NCBI GenBank assembly: GCA_965223855.1
Contig: CBDCXM010000009.1
Location: 2,080,001-2,144,000, forward strand
DNA from: Candidatus Multivoradales bacterium
GTDB lineage: Bacteria > Acidobacteriota > Thermoanaerobaculia > Multivoradales > JAHEKO01
DNA: 64,000 nucleotides
Reading direction: 5' to 3'
Shown here: positions 1-9,994 of the stretch, piece after piece
Layout of the letters: every line of letters starts with the position of its first letter
How positions within the stretch are numbered: the first letter of the stretch is position 1
Notes under the pieces: generated by a model
Databases searched by the model: none
The model's input: only the letters and a program-made list of their open reading frames with translations
Told to the model about the DNA's origin: nothing
Program-made: the position numbers and the translations under genes

Positions 1-1054
1 AGTCGTTGACGATCCCGTTGCCGCCGAGAAGCTCTCTCGCGAGCTTCGCGCACTCTCGAGCCACCCAGACGTTGTTGCGCTTGCCGAGCGAGATGTGGAA
101 GTGCTTGACCTTCCCGGTGTCCTTGAGCCGCCCGATCTGGAGTGCGAGCAGCTGCCCCTTGGTGATCTCACTGACCATCCAGACGAGCTTGTCCTGCACG
201 AGCTGGTGGCTCGCGATCGGCTGGCCTCCGAACTGGACCCGTTCACCGGCGTAGGTGAGGGCGGTGTGGTAGCAGTCCATCGCCGCGCCGAGACCGCCCC
301 AGGCGATGCCGTAGCGCGCCTGGTTGAGGCACATGAGCGGGCTCTTGAGCCCGTCCGACTTCGGCAGCAGGTTCTCGGCAGGGATTCGACAGTCCTGGAA
401 GCCGAGTTCGGAGGTCACGGAGGCGCGCAGAGAATGCTTGCCGTGCTGATCGCGCGAGGTGAAGCCGGGTGTTCCCTTCTCGACGAGGAATCCGCGGATT
501 CCGTCGTCGGTGCGGGCCCAGACGACCGCGACGTCGGCCAGCGTTCCGCTGGTGATCCACTGTTTGGCGCCGTTGAGCACCCACTCGTCGCCGTCCCGCT
601 TCGCCGTCGTGCGCATGCCGCCCGGATTCGAACCGAAGTCGGGCTCGGTGAGCCCGAAACAGCCGATCGCTTCGCCCGAGGCGAGCTTCGGAATCCACCG
701 GTCCTTCTGCTCCCGGGAGCCGAAGGTGTAGATCGGGTACATCACCAGCGAGCTCTGGACCGAGACGAAGCTTCGCAGCCCCGAATCGCCCCGCTCGAGT
801 TCCTGCATGATCAGGCCGTAGGCGACGTTCGAGAGGCCCGGAAGCCCGTATTCGTCGATCGTCGCTCCGAACAGATCGAGCGCCGCCATGTCGGGCACCA
901 GCTCGATCGGAAAGCGACCCTCCTCGTAGCAGTCCTCGATGATCGGAGAGATTTTCTCGTCGACGAAGCGGCGGACGGTGTCGCGGGCGAGGCGCTCGTC
1001 CTCGGTCAACAGAGAATCGAATTCCAGGAAATCGACACCCGGGAAACGGCTCAC
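1..1054 (-). CDS. acyl-CoA dehydrogenase, glutaryl-CoA dehydrogenase-like (3' end runs off the window)
   Basis: Not in the ORF track (no stop in window). Manual translation from GTG 1054 (GGAGG upstream): MSRFPGVDFLEFDSLLTEDERLARD...ELERGDSGLRSFVSVQSSLVMYPI...CFGLTEPDFGSNP...LNGAKQWIT...LNQARYGIAWG. Confidence 0.88.
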   Translation of the reverse strand, partial: MSRFPGVDFLEFDSLLTEDERLARDTVRRFVDEKISPIIEDCYEEGRFPIELVPDMAALDLFGATIDEYGLPGLSNVAYGLIMQELERGDSGLRSFVSVQSSLVMYPIYTFGSREQKDRWIPKLASGEAIGCFGLTEPDFGSNPGGMRTTAKRDGDEWVLNGAKQWITSGTLADVAVVWARTDDGIRGFLVEKGTPGFTSRDQHGKHSLRASVTSELGFQDCRIPAENLLPKSDGLKSPLMCLNQARYGIAWGGLGAAMDCYHTALTYAGERVQFGGQPIASHQLVQDKLVWMVSEITKGQLLALQIGRLKDTGKVKHFHISLGKRNNVWVARECAKLARELLGGNGIVND

Positions 1055-1207
1055 GGGATACCTCCTCGAGTTGGTGGAATCTGGCCTTGCGGAGTCGGTA
1101 CCGCAGAGCAGGTGCCAGGCGAACCGGCGGGGGCGCAGTCTAGCATGCCCTCGCGGCTCCCCGAGGCCGGCTCCAGGTGCCCGAGGGTGCAGTAACATCA
1201 CGCGATC

Positions 1208-1474
1208 ATGGGGTTTGCAGGGGGCAGCGCCTGGGCGATGGCGAGGGACATCGGAGCCGGCCACGTGACAGTCACCCATGCGACGTTCCGCCGAATGCAG
1301 CCGACCGAGATCGACAAGCTCAAGTTCGAGATGACCCGCCTGCTGGCGAGCGTTCGCGGCACCCAGCCGGACCTCGCCGACGGCGACGCCCTGAGGGATC
1401 GCAATCGAAGGATCCAGCGCCTGACCACGGCGCGGCGGGTGATGGACTTCTACCTGGCCGAACGGCGCCGCTGA
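1208..1474 (+). CDS. small hypothetical protein (88 aa)
   Basis: ATG ORF with host-like codon usage, 16 bp upstream of the co-oriented CPBP gene. Confidence 0.65.
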   Translation: MGFAGGSAWAMARDIGAGHVTVTHATFRRMQPTEIDKLKFEMTRLLASVRGTQPDLADGDALRDRNRRIQRLTTARRVMDFYLAERRR

Positions 1475-1490
1475 CGAAGGCCCCTTCCTC

Positions 1491-2375
1491 TTGCTGCTGC
1501 AGATCGCAACGCTCGTGCTGTCGCTGGGGTGCGCCCTGGCGATCGATCTCCTGTGCCAGCGCTTCGGCCTGACTCCACCGGCCTTCGAGGTGAGTCCCGG
1601 GCGCGAAGACCGGGTGATGGCCGCGACGCTACGCCGCGCGGCGGCGATCGTGCTGCTGACGGTGGTGTGCTGGGTCGGGATCTTCGGCGCTCTGGCGACC
1701 CTCGGGGCCGAGCCGTTGACCGACTTCTCGCAGGTCGGGATCGAGGGGCTTTTTGCGCTGCACTTCGTGTTCGTGGTGGCCGTCGCCCTCTGGTACGCGC
1801 TCGGCTTCGCCGGCTTTCCGGGGCACTCGTGGGTGCGTCAGTTCGGCCTCGCCTCGCCGTCGATCGGCCGCGAGATCGGAGTAGGTCTGCTGGCAGGGCT
1901 GGCGGCCTGGTTCACGGTGCTGGCGATCCTGGTGATGCTGGGGCTGGCGGTGGCCGGCATGGCCGGAGCCGACGCGCTTCCCCAGGAGCCTCCCGCCATG
2001 ATCCCGTGGATCGCCTCGTTGCCGGTGTGGGTCAGAGTGGCGGTCAGCCTCTCGGCCGGCACCTTCGAGGAGCTGTTCTTCCGGGGCTTCCTGCAGCCCC
2101 GCATCGGCATCGCCTTCTCGACCGCGCTTTTCGTCCTGGCGCATGCCAACTACGAGCAGCCGATCATGCTCATCGGAATCGGGTTACTGTCGCTCGTGTT
2201 TGCCGGATTGGTGCGCTGGCGGCAGAATATCTGGCCTGCCATTGCCGCACATGCACTGTTCGATGCCATTCAACTGCTCGCCGTCGTTCCGATGGCGCTT
2301 GACTTCCTCGAAGAGGGCGGTCCCTCGTGGCTGCCCGTCGCCCGGCTAGCCGGCGTCTGGATGGGAGGCACCTGA
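1491..2375 (+). CDS. CPBP/Abi (CAAX protease-like) intramembrane metalloprotease
   Basis: Multiple TM segments; EELFFRG, FVLAH and HALFD motifs. Confidence 0.9.
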   Translation: MLLQIATLVLSLGCALAIDLLCQRFGLTPPAFEVSPGREDRVMAATLRRAAAIVLLTVVCWVGIFGALATLGAEPLTDFSQVGIEGLFALHFVFVVAVALWYALGFAGFPGHSWVRQFGLASPSIGREIGVGLLAGLAAWFTVLAILVMLGLAVAGMAGADALPQEPPAMIPWIASLPVWVRVAVSLSAGTFEELFFRGFLQPRIGIAFSTALFVLAHANYEQPIMLIGIGLLSLVFAGLVRWRQNIWPAIAAHALFDAIQLLAVVPMALDFLEEGGPSWLPVARLAGVWMGGT

Positions 2376-2830
2376 TGCAACCACTACCGGAAGTGCACGT
2401 GGCGATCGGAAGTCGCTACGAGAACATCGAGCTCGTGCAGACCGCCGTCGAGGCGTCGCTTCATCTGCTGGCCCTCGACGAGGACACCTCCTACCAGATC
2501 GGCCTGGCGGTGCGCGAAGCGGTGGCGAATGCGATCAAGCACGGCAATCGCGAGGATCCCGCAAAGCGGGTCGAGGTCGATTGCAGCTTCGAGAACGATC
2601 AGGTGGTGGTGAAGGTGCAGGATGAAGGACGGGGGTTCGACCTCGAAGCGCTGCCGGATCCGTTGAATCCCGACAATCTCCTGAGAACGAGTGGTCGCGG
2701 CATTTTCTTCATGAATCAGTTCATGGACGCGATCGACTACACCTTCGGGCCGGAGGGCGGTACGATGGTGACGATGAAGAAGACCATTTCGCCGGCACAG
2801 GAGTCGGCGGGGTCGAGTGAGGAGGAGTGA
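2375..2830 (+). CDS. RsbW-like anti-sigma factor / Ser kinase (HATPase_c)
   Basis: EAVANAIKHGN, DEGRGF, GRGIFFM boxes; ATG overlaps the upstream stop (TGATG). Confidence 0.9.
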   Translation: MQPLPEVHVAIGSRYENIELVQTAVEASLHLLALDEDTSYQIGLAVREAVANAIKHGNREDPAKRVEVDCSFENDQVVVKVQDEGRGFDLEALPDPLNPDNLLRTSGRGIFFMNQFMDAIDYTFGPEGGTMVTMKKTISPAQESAGSSEEE

Positions 2831-3171
2831 AGCTCATGCAGATTAGCGCACGTCATCGCGAAGGTGTCACGATTCTGGATCCGAAGGGCAAGATCACCAT
2901 CGGTGCCGGGGACGTCGCGCTCCGCGAAGCGGTGAACGAGGCTCTGGAAGCCGGTTCGAAGAAGATTCTGATCAACCTGAGCGGGGTTTCGACCTGCGAC
3001 TCCTCCGGTATCGGCGAGATGGTGGCTGCGTTCACCACGGTCAAGAACCGGGGGGGCGAGCTCAAGCTGTGCGAGCTGTCGTCCAAGGTGTCGGACGTGC
3101 TGCAGATCACTCAGCTCATCACGGTCTTCGAGGTCTTCGACAGCGAGGACGAGGCGATCGCCTCCTTCTGA
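2827..3171 (+). CDS. RsbV-like STAS anti-anti-sigma factor
   Basis: DSSGIG phosphoacceptor motif; 114 aa; GTGA overlap with the upstream gene. Confidence 0.9.
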   Translation: MKLMQISARHREGVTILDPKGKITIGAGDVALREAVNEALEAGSKKILINLSGVSTCDSSGIGEMVAAFTTVKNRGGELKLCELSSKVSDVLQITQLITVFEVFDSEDEAIASF

Positions 3172-3216
3172 GACTTCCGCTACCTGATTTGCCGCGGCGG
3201 GCGGGGGAGTCTCGAC

Positions 3217-4791
3217 TCAGTCGGCCGGGTCTTCCGCGGGCTTGCCCCAGCTCGCCTTCCTGAGGCTGTAGAGCTCGCCGCTGAGGTAGTTGCGATACCC
3301 CTCGAGGCGGGTGGGGTGGATGGCAACGTTCATCTTGCTCAGCAGGCTGATGAACGGCGCTTCCTCGGCGAAGATCTCCTGCGCCCGCAGGTAGTGCGGG
3401 CGCCGGTCCTCGGTGGCGACCGCGGCCGCCCCGTCCTCGAGCAACCGATCGAACTCGGGGTTGCCGTAGCCGCCCCGGTTGAAACCGCCCGGGGGCACAC
3501 TCTTCGAGTGCAGCAGGAGGGCGAAGATGTCGGGGTCTACGATACCGGTCTGGGTGAGACTGAAGAGTTCGAAGTTGCCCTGCTTGACGTCGTTGTAGAA
3601 GGTCGCGAACTCGAAGGAGCGCACCTCGATCGCCACCCCCACCGCGGCGAGCATCGACTGGATCGCCTGTGCCTGAAGGACGCCCGTCTGGTCCGTCGAA
3701 GTCTTGTAGGTGACGGCGAAGCGCGGCTGCGGTCCGTCGCCGTCCGGGTCCTTCCATCCAGCTTCGTCGAGGAGCCTGCGAGCCCCCTGGGGATCGAAGG
3801 GTGCCGTCGGCAGTTCCTCGTGGTGGGCCCAGTGCCCGGCCGGGATCGGCGTGTCGCCGACGCGGCCCAATCCCTGCCACAACGAGGCGACGATCTGCTC
3901 CCTGTCGATCGCCATCCGCAGCGCCCGCCGGACACGCGCGTCGGAAAGGGGGCCCTCGCGGACGTTGATCCCGAGGTAGACCCAGTTGGATCCCGGATCG
4001 ACGTCGACCGCGAAACGCGAGTCTTCGCGGAAGCCGCCGACCGAGTCCGGGTTGAGTCCGTTGACGACGAGGTGGGTCGACCCCTTGCGCAGCTCGAGCT
4101 CGCGAACGGTCGCATCCGGAACCTGCTTGAGGACCACCCGGTCGAGCGCCGGCCGCCCCTCCCAGGCATCGTCGAACGCCTCGACGACGACCCGGTCGGG
4201 ATTCGCCTCTACGAAGCGGAACGCTCCCGTGCCGACCGGATGTCGATTCATCGCGTCGGGCGATTCACCCCGCGGGATGATGCCGAGGTAGGTCGTCAGG
4301 TTCACCAGCATCGCCCCGTAGGACTGGCTCATGTGGAAATCGACGATCCTCTCGTCGATCTTCTCGACCCTCTCGAGTTGCGCGAAGGCGCCGGTCTTCG
4401 GCGTCGTGACGGTGCCGTCGAGCATCGACTGGAAGGTCCACACGACGTCGTCGGCGCCGAACGGGCGGCCGTCGTGGAACGCGACGCCGTCCCGCAGGTG
4501 AAAGCGGTACCGGAGGCCGTCGTCGAGGATCTCCCACGACTCGGCCAGGGAAGGGCCCAGACTGCCGTCCGGGAGCTTGTCGACGAGTCCGTTCAGCACC
4601 AGCTCGAAGACCCGGGCGGAGCTCTGGTCGGTAGCGACCCTGGGGTCGAGGTGGATCGGTGGATTCTCGAGAGCGACGACGACCTCGTTCGCTGGGACGT
4701 CGGTCGAGGTCGGGCTCGAGCACGCCCACGGGAGCGCCCCCGCTGCGAGAAGGAAGAGGGCCGACAGCCGTTGCTTTGCTACGATCTTCAA
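3217..4791 (-). CDS. ABC transporter substrate-binding lipoprotein (OppA/DppA family 5)
   Basis: TTG start 4791 with GGAGG RBS; signal peptide ending in Cys (PWAC); LDP, LAESWE, FHLRDGVAFHDG, PVGTGAF motifs. Confidence 0.9.
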   Translation of the reverse strand: MKIVAKQRLSALFLLAAGALPWACSSPTSTDVPANEVVVALENPPIHLDPRVATDQSSARVFELVLNGLVDKLPDGSLGPSLAESWEILDDGLRYRFHLRDGVAFHDGRPFGADDVVWTFQSMLDGTVTTPKTGAFAQLERVEKIDERIVDFHMSQSYGAMLVNLTTYLGIIPRGESPDAMNRHPVGTGAFRFVEANPDRVVVEAFDDAWEGRPALDRVVLKQVPDATVRELELRKGSTHLVVNGLNPDSVGGFREDSRFAVDVDPGSNWVYLGINVREGPLSDARVRRALRMAIDREQIVASLWQGLGRVGDTPIPAGHWAHHEELPTAPFDPQGARRLLDEAGWKDPDGDGPQPRFAVTYKTSTDQTGVLQAQAIQSMLAAVGVAIEVRSFEFATFYNDVKQGNFELFSLTQTGIVDPDIFALLLHSKSVPPGGFNRGGYGNPEFDRLLEDGAAAVATEDRRPHYLRAQEIFAEEAPFISLLSKMNVAIHPTRLEGYRNYLSGELYSLRKASWGKPAEDPAD

Positions 4792-4839
4792 GGTGCCTCC
4801 GTGGTGGTTCGACCGGCGCAAGATACTAGCAATCCGCGG

Positions 4840-5952
4840 TTGCCGTTCCGCGTGTGCGTCGGCGCACTGATCCTGCTGATCGCCGGCGCAACCGCTGCCG
4901 ATACCGCAGCTGTCGATTCGGACTCGGAGTTCGACGCCATCAGGATTCGGGTGGAGGAGCTCGAGGAGCGTCTCGCGAGCATCCGCGAGCGCAAGAGCGG
5001 GCTCGTCGGCGAGCTCGTGGAGGCCGACTACGAGCTCGAGCTGCAGCGCGGACGCCTCGCGGAGTCGGGGCGCCGGCTCGAACGTGCCCGCGGCACCTTC
5101 GAAGCGCTCCAGGTCGAGACCGGAGAGTTGGAGCGTCGGCTCGAGGCGGTCCGTTCGAGCATCGTGCGGCGGACTCGAGGCCTCTACCTGATGGGCGGGC
5201 GCGGCGCCCTGCGACTCCTGCTGTCGGCTCGCTCGGGGGATTCGGCGATGCCGGCCCTGCGGGCGCTGCGGTATCTCCTGCGCAGGGATGCGGAGCTGCG
5301 CAAGACCTTGCGAAGCACGGAACTCGAGCTCGGGCGCAAGCTCGTCGCCATCGAAGTCCAGCAGAGGACGATCCTCGCGCTCATGGCAGAGGAGCGTTCC
5401 CGACTCGAGAGTCTCACCGGCCTCCGGGAACGACGATCCCGTCTTCTTGCCGAGGTCGAGAGGAGGGAGGTGCTGGTCGCGGCGGAGGTGGCGGGCTGGG
5501 CAGAGCGTGAGCAGCGCCTCGGCGATCTCCTCGACGGCGTCGACCTGACAGCGGCGGGGCTGGGAGGGCGGGAGATCCAGGAGTTCAAGGGGGTGCTCGA
5601 CAGACCGATGACCGGCACCGTGATTCGGGGCTTCGGGCCGCAGCGGGATCCGCGATACGCCACCGAGGTGCCCCACAACGGCCTTCGTTTCTCCGGCCTC
5701 GAGGGAGAGAGGGTCCGGGTCGTCTATCCGGGGAGGGTGCTCTACGCCGAGTCGCTCGAGGGGTACGGGCCGACCGTCGTGGTGCAGCACCCGGGTCGGG
5801 TGTTCACCCTCTACGCCGGTCTCGAGCGGCTTTCCGTCGTCAGCGATGAGTTACTATCCATCGGCCAGGAAATCGGAGTCTCCGACGGCGGGTTGTACTT
5901 CGAAGTGAGGGTCGACAATCGCGCCGTCGATCCCGAGCCATGGATCCGATGA
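4840..5952 (+). CDS. EnvC-like murein hydrolase activator (coiled coil + degenerate M23 domain)
   Basis: Signal peptide, long coiled coil, C-terminal LYFEVR..AVDP; zinc ligands degenerate (HNGLR, YAGL) as in EnvC; start approximate. Confidence 0.82.
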   Translation: MPFRVCVGALILLIAGATAADTAAVDSDSEFDAIRIRVEELEERLASIRERKSGLVGELVEADYELELQRGRLAESGRRLERARGTFEALQVETGELERRLEAVRSSIVRRTRGLYLMGGRGALRLLLSARSGDSAMPALRALRYLLRRDAELRKTLRSTELELGRKLVAIEVQQRTILALMAEERSRLESLTGLRERRSRLLAEVERREVLVAAEVAGWAEREQRLGDLLDGVDLTAAGLGGREIQEFKGVLDRPMTGTVIRGFGPQRDPRYATEVPHNGLRFSGLEGERVRVVYPGRVLYAESLEGYGPTVVVQHPGRVFTLYAGLERLSVVSDELLSIGQEIGVSDGGLYFEVRVDNRAVDPEPWIR

Positions 5953-7124
5953 AGCCTTCCCGCCAGAGCGTCCGCAGCCGGCTGCTGTTCATGCTGGTCT
6001 CCCTGTTGTGCCTCGCTCCCTTCGCCGCGGGCGCACTGCTCGGAGCCTCCGACGACAAGGACGACTCTCTCTTCAAGCAGCTCTCGGTGCTGTCCGAAGT
6101 ACTGACGCTGATCCAGCGGACCTACGTGGAGGAGGTCTCGATCCCGGGACTGCTCGAAGGCGCCCTCGAAGGGGCGACCGACGGGCTCGACCCGCTCTCG
6201 ACGTTCGTGCCCGCCGAGAAGGTCGAGGGTTTCCGGGCGGCGCGTGCCATCGGCACCGGTCGCAGCGGGATGCAGCTCGCCAAGGATCGCGGGATCGCCT
6301 ACGCGGTCGCGGTCGAACGCGGGAGTCCGGCTGAACAGGCGGGGATCGAGTCCGGAGACGTGATCGCCGCGATCGATGGCCGCTCCACGCGCCATCTCGA
6401 GCTGTGGCGAATCCAGTCGATGCTGGCAGGAGACATCGGCACCCTGCTGGACCTCGAGCTTCTTCGCAACGGACGCACCGTCGAGGCGAAGCTCGAGCTC
6501 GGCGAGTTCGAGAGGGTCGCCACGAGTCTCGACACCGCGCCGGCGGTTCCGGTCCTGACGTTCTCGCGGCTCGACGAGCTCGCGGTCGGCGAAGCGCGCG
6601 ATTCGCTGGCGGCGCTGGAGGCGGCAGGCACCCGGAGCCTCGTCGTCGATCTACGCGGCATCGCCGGGGGCGACAGCGAGGCGGCCTTCAGAATTGCCGG
6701 GCTGACCACCGGCGGCAGGCTGGGAGCCCTCGTTCATCGGGACGAGGAACTCCGGAGCTTCGACAACGACCTTCCGGCCGTCTGGCAGGGCGAGATTGCG
6801 GTGCTGATCGACGGCGGGACACAGGGCGCCGCCGAGGTGCTGACGAGGGTGTGGCAGCAGTCGCGAGGCGCTACGCTCGTTGGAACTGCGACCTTCGGTC
6901 TGGCCGGGACGCAGGGCGAGATCGAGCTGCCGAGCGGTGGCATGGTCGTCACCACCCGCCAGCTCTATGCCGGACCCGATGGAGAGGTCATCGTCGACCG
7001 CATCCTGCCCGACGAGATCGTCCGCCGGTTTCCGGGCACGGAGCAGGAGGGCGTGGAGCCGGAAGATCGTGCTCTGACGCGGGCGATCGAGCTGTTGGCC
7101 GAGCCGGTGCAGAAGGCGGCCTGA
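5949..7124 (+). CDS. S41/CtpA-like protein with PDZ domain, catalytic Ser/Lys apparently absent
   Basis: LDPLS, GSPAEQAGIESGDVIAAIDG (PDZ), VDLRG; GTQGAAE replaces (S/T)ASASE and TFGLA replaces TFGKG. Confidence 0.82.
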   Translation: MKPSRQSVRSRLLFMLVSLLCLAPFAAGALLGASDDKDDSLFKQLSVLSEVLTLIQRTYVEEVSIPGLLEGALEGATDGLDPLSTFVPAEKVEGFRAARAIGTGRSGMQLAKDRGIAYAVAVERGSPAEQAGIESGDVIAAIDGRSTRHLELWRIQSMLAGDIGTLLDLELLRNGRTVEAKLELGEFERVATSLDTAPAVPVLTFSRLDELAVGEARDSLAALEAAGTRSLVVDLRGIAGGDSEAAFRIAGLTTGGRLGALVHRDEELRSFDNDLPAVWQGEIAVLIDGGTQGAAEVLTRVWQQSRGATLVGTATFGLAGTQGEIELPSGGMVVTTRQLYAGPDGEVIVDRILPDEIVRRFPGTEQEGVEPEDRALTRAIELLAEPVQKAA

Positions 7125-7158
7125 CGGCCCGCCGATCCCGAGTTTCCGACCGAAGCGG

Positions 7159-8139
7159 ATGGCGAGACGGCGCAAGAGGAGACGTGCGGCCCGGGGCCGG
7201 TGGGTGCTGCTCGTCCTGCCGCTGGTGGTCGCCGTGATCGCAGGCTACCTGTGGGGTCGCAGAGCCGAGCGGGCCGCCGGCCTCGATGCGACGGTGGAGG
7301 CGGTCACGACCCGGAAAGAGCCCGCGTCGCCGACCGTCACCCGCAGTCCTGACGCCAAGCCATCGCGCGGCGAAAGCGAGGTGGCCGGCGAAGCCGATAG
7401 CGAGAAGGCCCCCTTCCCCCGGCGCCCCCTCGTCACCGTCGAGCCGGGGGCGGCGCGGATCGCTCTGGTGATCGACGATCTCGGTCGCCGACCGAGCGAC
7501 GTCAGCCGGATGGAGGCGCTCGCCGTCGACTGGACCGCAGCGGTGCTGCCATTCGAGTCCCGGACGGCCGAGGTCGTCGCCGACCTCAGAGCAGCCGGTG
7601 TCGAGTTCCTGTGCCACCTTCCGATGGAGCCGCGATCTGCAACCGGCGAAGCCGACCCCGGCCCCGGCGCGCTCAGGGCCGGCATGACTGCGGACGAACT
7701 GGCTCGTGCCACGCGCGACGCGCTCGCGGCGGTACCGGGTGCCCTGGGCGTCAACAATCACATGGGCTCGGCGCTGTCGGCCGATCGGGCCTCCATGGTG
7801 CCGATCCTGGGCGAGATCGCCTCCAGGGGACTGTTCTTCGTCGACTCCCGCACCAGCGCCGAGAGCGTCGGCTTCCGTCTGGCGCTCGAGCTGGGGGTGC
7901 CGACGGCGGAGCGTCAGGTGTTTCTCGACGCCGATCCGGCGGCCGACGCCGTCGCCGAGCAGTTTCACCGACTGCTGGACGTCGCGCGAACCCGCGGAGC
8001 GGCGTTGGCGATCGGTCATCCGCGGGAAGTCACCTTCGCCACACTCGAGCGCGAGATTCCGAAGGCTCTTGCCGCCGGATTCGAGTTCGTGCCGGCAAGC
8101 TACCTGCTGGAACGTCGCGCCCGGGACGTGGGAGAGTAG
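7159..8139 (+). CDS. divergent polysaccharide deacetylase (YibQ-like)
   Basis: IALVIDDLG, HLPMEP, GVNNHMGS, FVDSRT, AIGHP; N-terminal TM anchor. Confidence 0.92.
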   Translation: MARRRKRRRAARGRWVLLVLPLVVAVIAGYLWGRRAERAAGLDATVEAVTTRKEPASPTVTRSPDAKPSRGESEVAGEADSEKAPFPRRPLVTVEPGAARIALVIDDLGRRPSDVSRMEALAVDWTAAVLPFESRTAEVVADLRAAGVEFLCHLPMEPRSATGEADPGPGALRAGMTADELARATRDALAAVPGALGVNNHMGSALSADRASMVPILGEIASRGLFFVDSRTSAESVGFRLALELGVPTAERQVFLDADPAADAVAEQFHRLLDVARTRGAALAIGHPREVTFATLEREIPKALAAGFEFVPASYLLERRARDVGE

Positions 8140-8143
8140 CGCC

Positions 8144-9964
8144 GTGCGCATCCTCGGAATCTCGGCCTTCTACCACGACTCCGCCGCCTGCCTGGTCGTG
8201 GACGGAGAGCTGGTCGCCGCGGCCCAGGAGGAGCGCTTCACCCGCAAGAAGCACGACCACCGCTTCCCGACGTCCGCAATCGCCAGCTGTCTGGAGTCGG
8301 CGGGGGTCGCCCTGGGCGAACTCGACGCCGTCGCTTTTTACGACAAGCCGTGGCTCAAGTTCGAGCGCCTGCTGGAGACCTACCTCGGCTTCGCTCCGGC
8401 CGGGCTCCCCTCGTTCTACAAGGCGATGCCGTTGTGGCTGCGCCAGAAGCTGTGGATGGAGTCGTTGATCCGCAAGGAGCTGGGCGGTTTCGAGGGGCCG
8501 CTCTATTTTCCGGAGCACCATCAGTCGCACGCGGCCTCGGCCTTCTACCCGTCTCCTTATCCGAGCGCCGCCGTGCTCACGAGCGACGGCGTCGGCGAGT
8601 GGGCGACCGCCTCCTGGGGGGCAGGCAGCGGCTCGACCCTCGAGCTGCGCCAGGAGCTGACCTTTCCGCACAGCCTCGGCCTGCTCTACTCGGCCTTCAC
8701 CTACTACACCGGATTCCGGGTCAATTCCGGCGAGTACAAGATCATGGGGCTCGCCCCCTACGGCCGTCCGATCTACGTCGATCGCATCCTCGACCACCTC
8801 GTCGATCTGCGCGAAGACGGGTCTTTCCGGCTCGACATGAGGTACTTCAACTACTGCCAGGGCCTGACGATGACCTCGAAGGCGTTCGACGAGCTCTTCG
8901 ACGGTCCGCCACGGGAGCCGGAGAGCAAGCTCGAGCAGAAGCAGATGGATCTCGCCCGCTCGGTGCAGGAGGTGACGGAAGAGATCATGCTGCGGATGGC
9001 TCGCTACGTCAGGCGCGAGACCGGCGAGCGCAATCTGTGCATGGCCGGCGGGGTGGCGCTCAACTGTGTCGCCAACGGAAAGATCCTGCGCGCAGGGATC
9101 TTCGATGACCTGTGGATCCAACCGGCGGCCGGCGATGCCGGCGGTGCGCTCGGGGCGGCGCTCTTCGTCTGGCACCAGGTGCAGGGGGGCGAGCGGAGTC
9201 GCGACGGCCGTCACGACGTGCAGCGCGGCTCCTATCTGGGGCCGGCCTTCGGCACCGACGAGATCGTCGAATGGCTCGATCGCAAAGGGGCGCCCTACCA
9301 GCGGCTGGCATCGACCGAGGTTCCCGACCGGGTCGCCGACCTGATGACCGAGGAGAAGGTCATCGGCTGGTTCTCAGGCCCGATGGAGTTCGGGCCGCGC
9401 GCTCTCGGCGGCAGGAGCATCCTCGGCGACGCTCGCAGCACGAAGATGCAGACGACGATGAACCTCAAGATCAAGTATCGGGAGTCGTTCCGCCCGTTCG
9501 CGCCGGCCTGCCTGGCCGAGGATGTCTCGGAGTACTTCGAGCTCGATCGCCCGTCGCCCTACATGCTGCTTGTCGCGGACGTGCAGCGCTCACGCCGCCG
9601 CGAGATGACGACGGAGCAGGAGGCGCTCTTCGGCATCGAGAAGCTCAACGTGCCGCGCTCCGACATTCCTGCGGTGACCCACGTCGACTACTCCGCGCGT
9701 GTGCAGACCGTGCACCGCGACACCAACCCGCGCTTCCACGCAGTGCTGGAGGCGTTCAAGGCGCGTACCGGCTGCGGCGTCGTCGTCAACACGTCGTTCA
9801 ACGTCCGCGGCGAGCCGATCGTCTGCACGCCGAAGGATGCCTATCTCTGCTTCATGCGTACCGAAATGGACGTCCTGGTGCTCGAGGACTGCATCCTCCT
9901 CAAGGAGGAGCAGCCGCCGCTCGAGGAGGACGGTGACTGGAGAGAGCTCTATGCGCTCGACTGA
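8144..9964 (+). CDS. NodU/CmcH-family carbamoyltransferase
   Basis: ILGISAFYHDSAA, QEERF, EHHQSHAAS, GGVALN, EFGPRALG, KYRESFRPFAP, NTSFN. Confidence 0.95.
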   Translation: MRILGISAFYHDSAACLVVDGELVAAAQEERFTRKKHDHRFPTSAIASCLESAGVALGELDAVAFYDKPWLKFERLLETYLGFAPAGLPSFYKAMPLWLRQKLWMESLIRKELGGFEGPLYFPEHHQSHAASAFYPSPYPSAAVLTSDGVGEWATASWGAGSGSTLELRQELTFPHSLGLLYSAFTYYTGFRVNSGEYKIMGLAPYGRPIYVDRILDHLVDLREDGSFRLDMRYFNYCQGLTMTSKAFDELFDGPPREPESKLEQKQMDLARSVQEVTEEIMLRMARYVRRETGERNLCMAGGVALNCVANGKILRAGIFDDLWIQPAAGDAGGALGAALFVWHQVQGGERSRDGRHDVQRGSYLGPAFGTDEIVEWLDRKGAPYQRLASTEVPDRVADLMTEEKVIGWFSGPMEFGPRALGGRSILGDARSTKMQTTMNLKIKYRESFRPFAPACLAEDVSEYFELDRPSPYMLLVADVQRSRRREMTTEQEALFGIEKLNVPRSDIPAVTHVDYSARVQTVHRDTNPRFHAVLEAFKARTGCGVVVNTSFNVRGEPIVCTPKDAYLCFMRTEMDVLVLEDCILLKEEQPPLEEDGDWRELYALD

Positions 9965-9994
9965 CCTGCTGCGATCGCTCCGGGGCAGGACGCC

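Noticed and set aside
3217-5952. Apparent 857/878-aa fully overlapping antiparallel ORFs
   Set aside because: They resolve to two divergent genes starting at 4791 (-) and about 4840 (+); the extensions are shadows
4840-5952. Loss of M23 zinc ligands as a novelty
   Set aside because: Established property of EnvC-type activators
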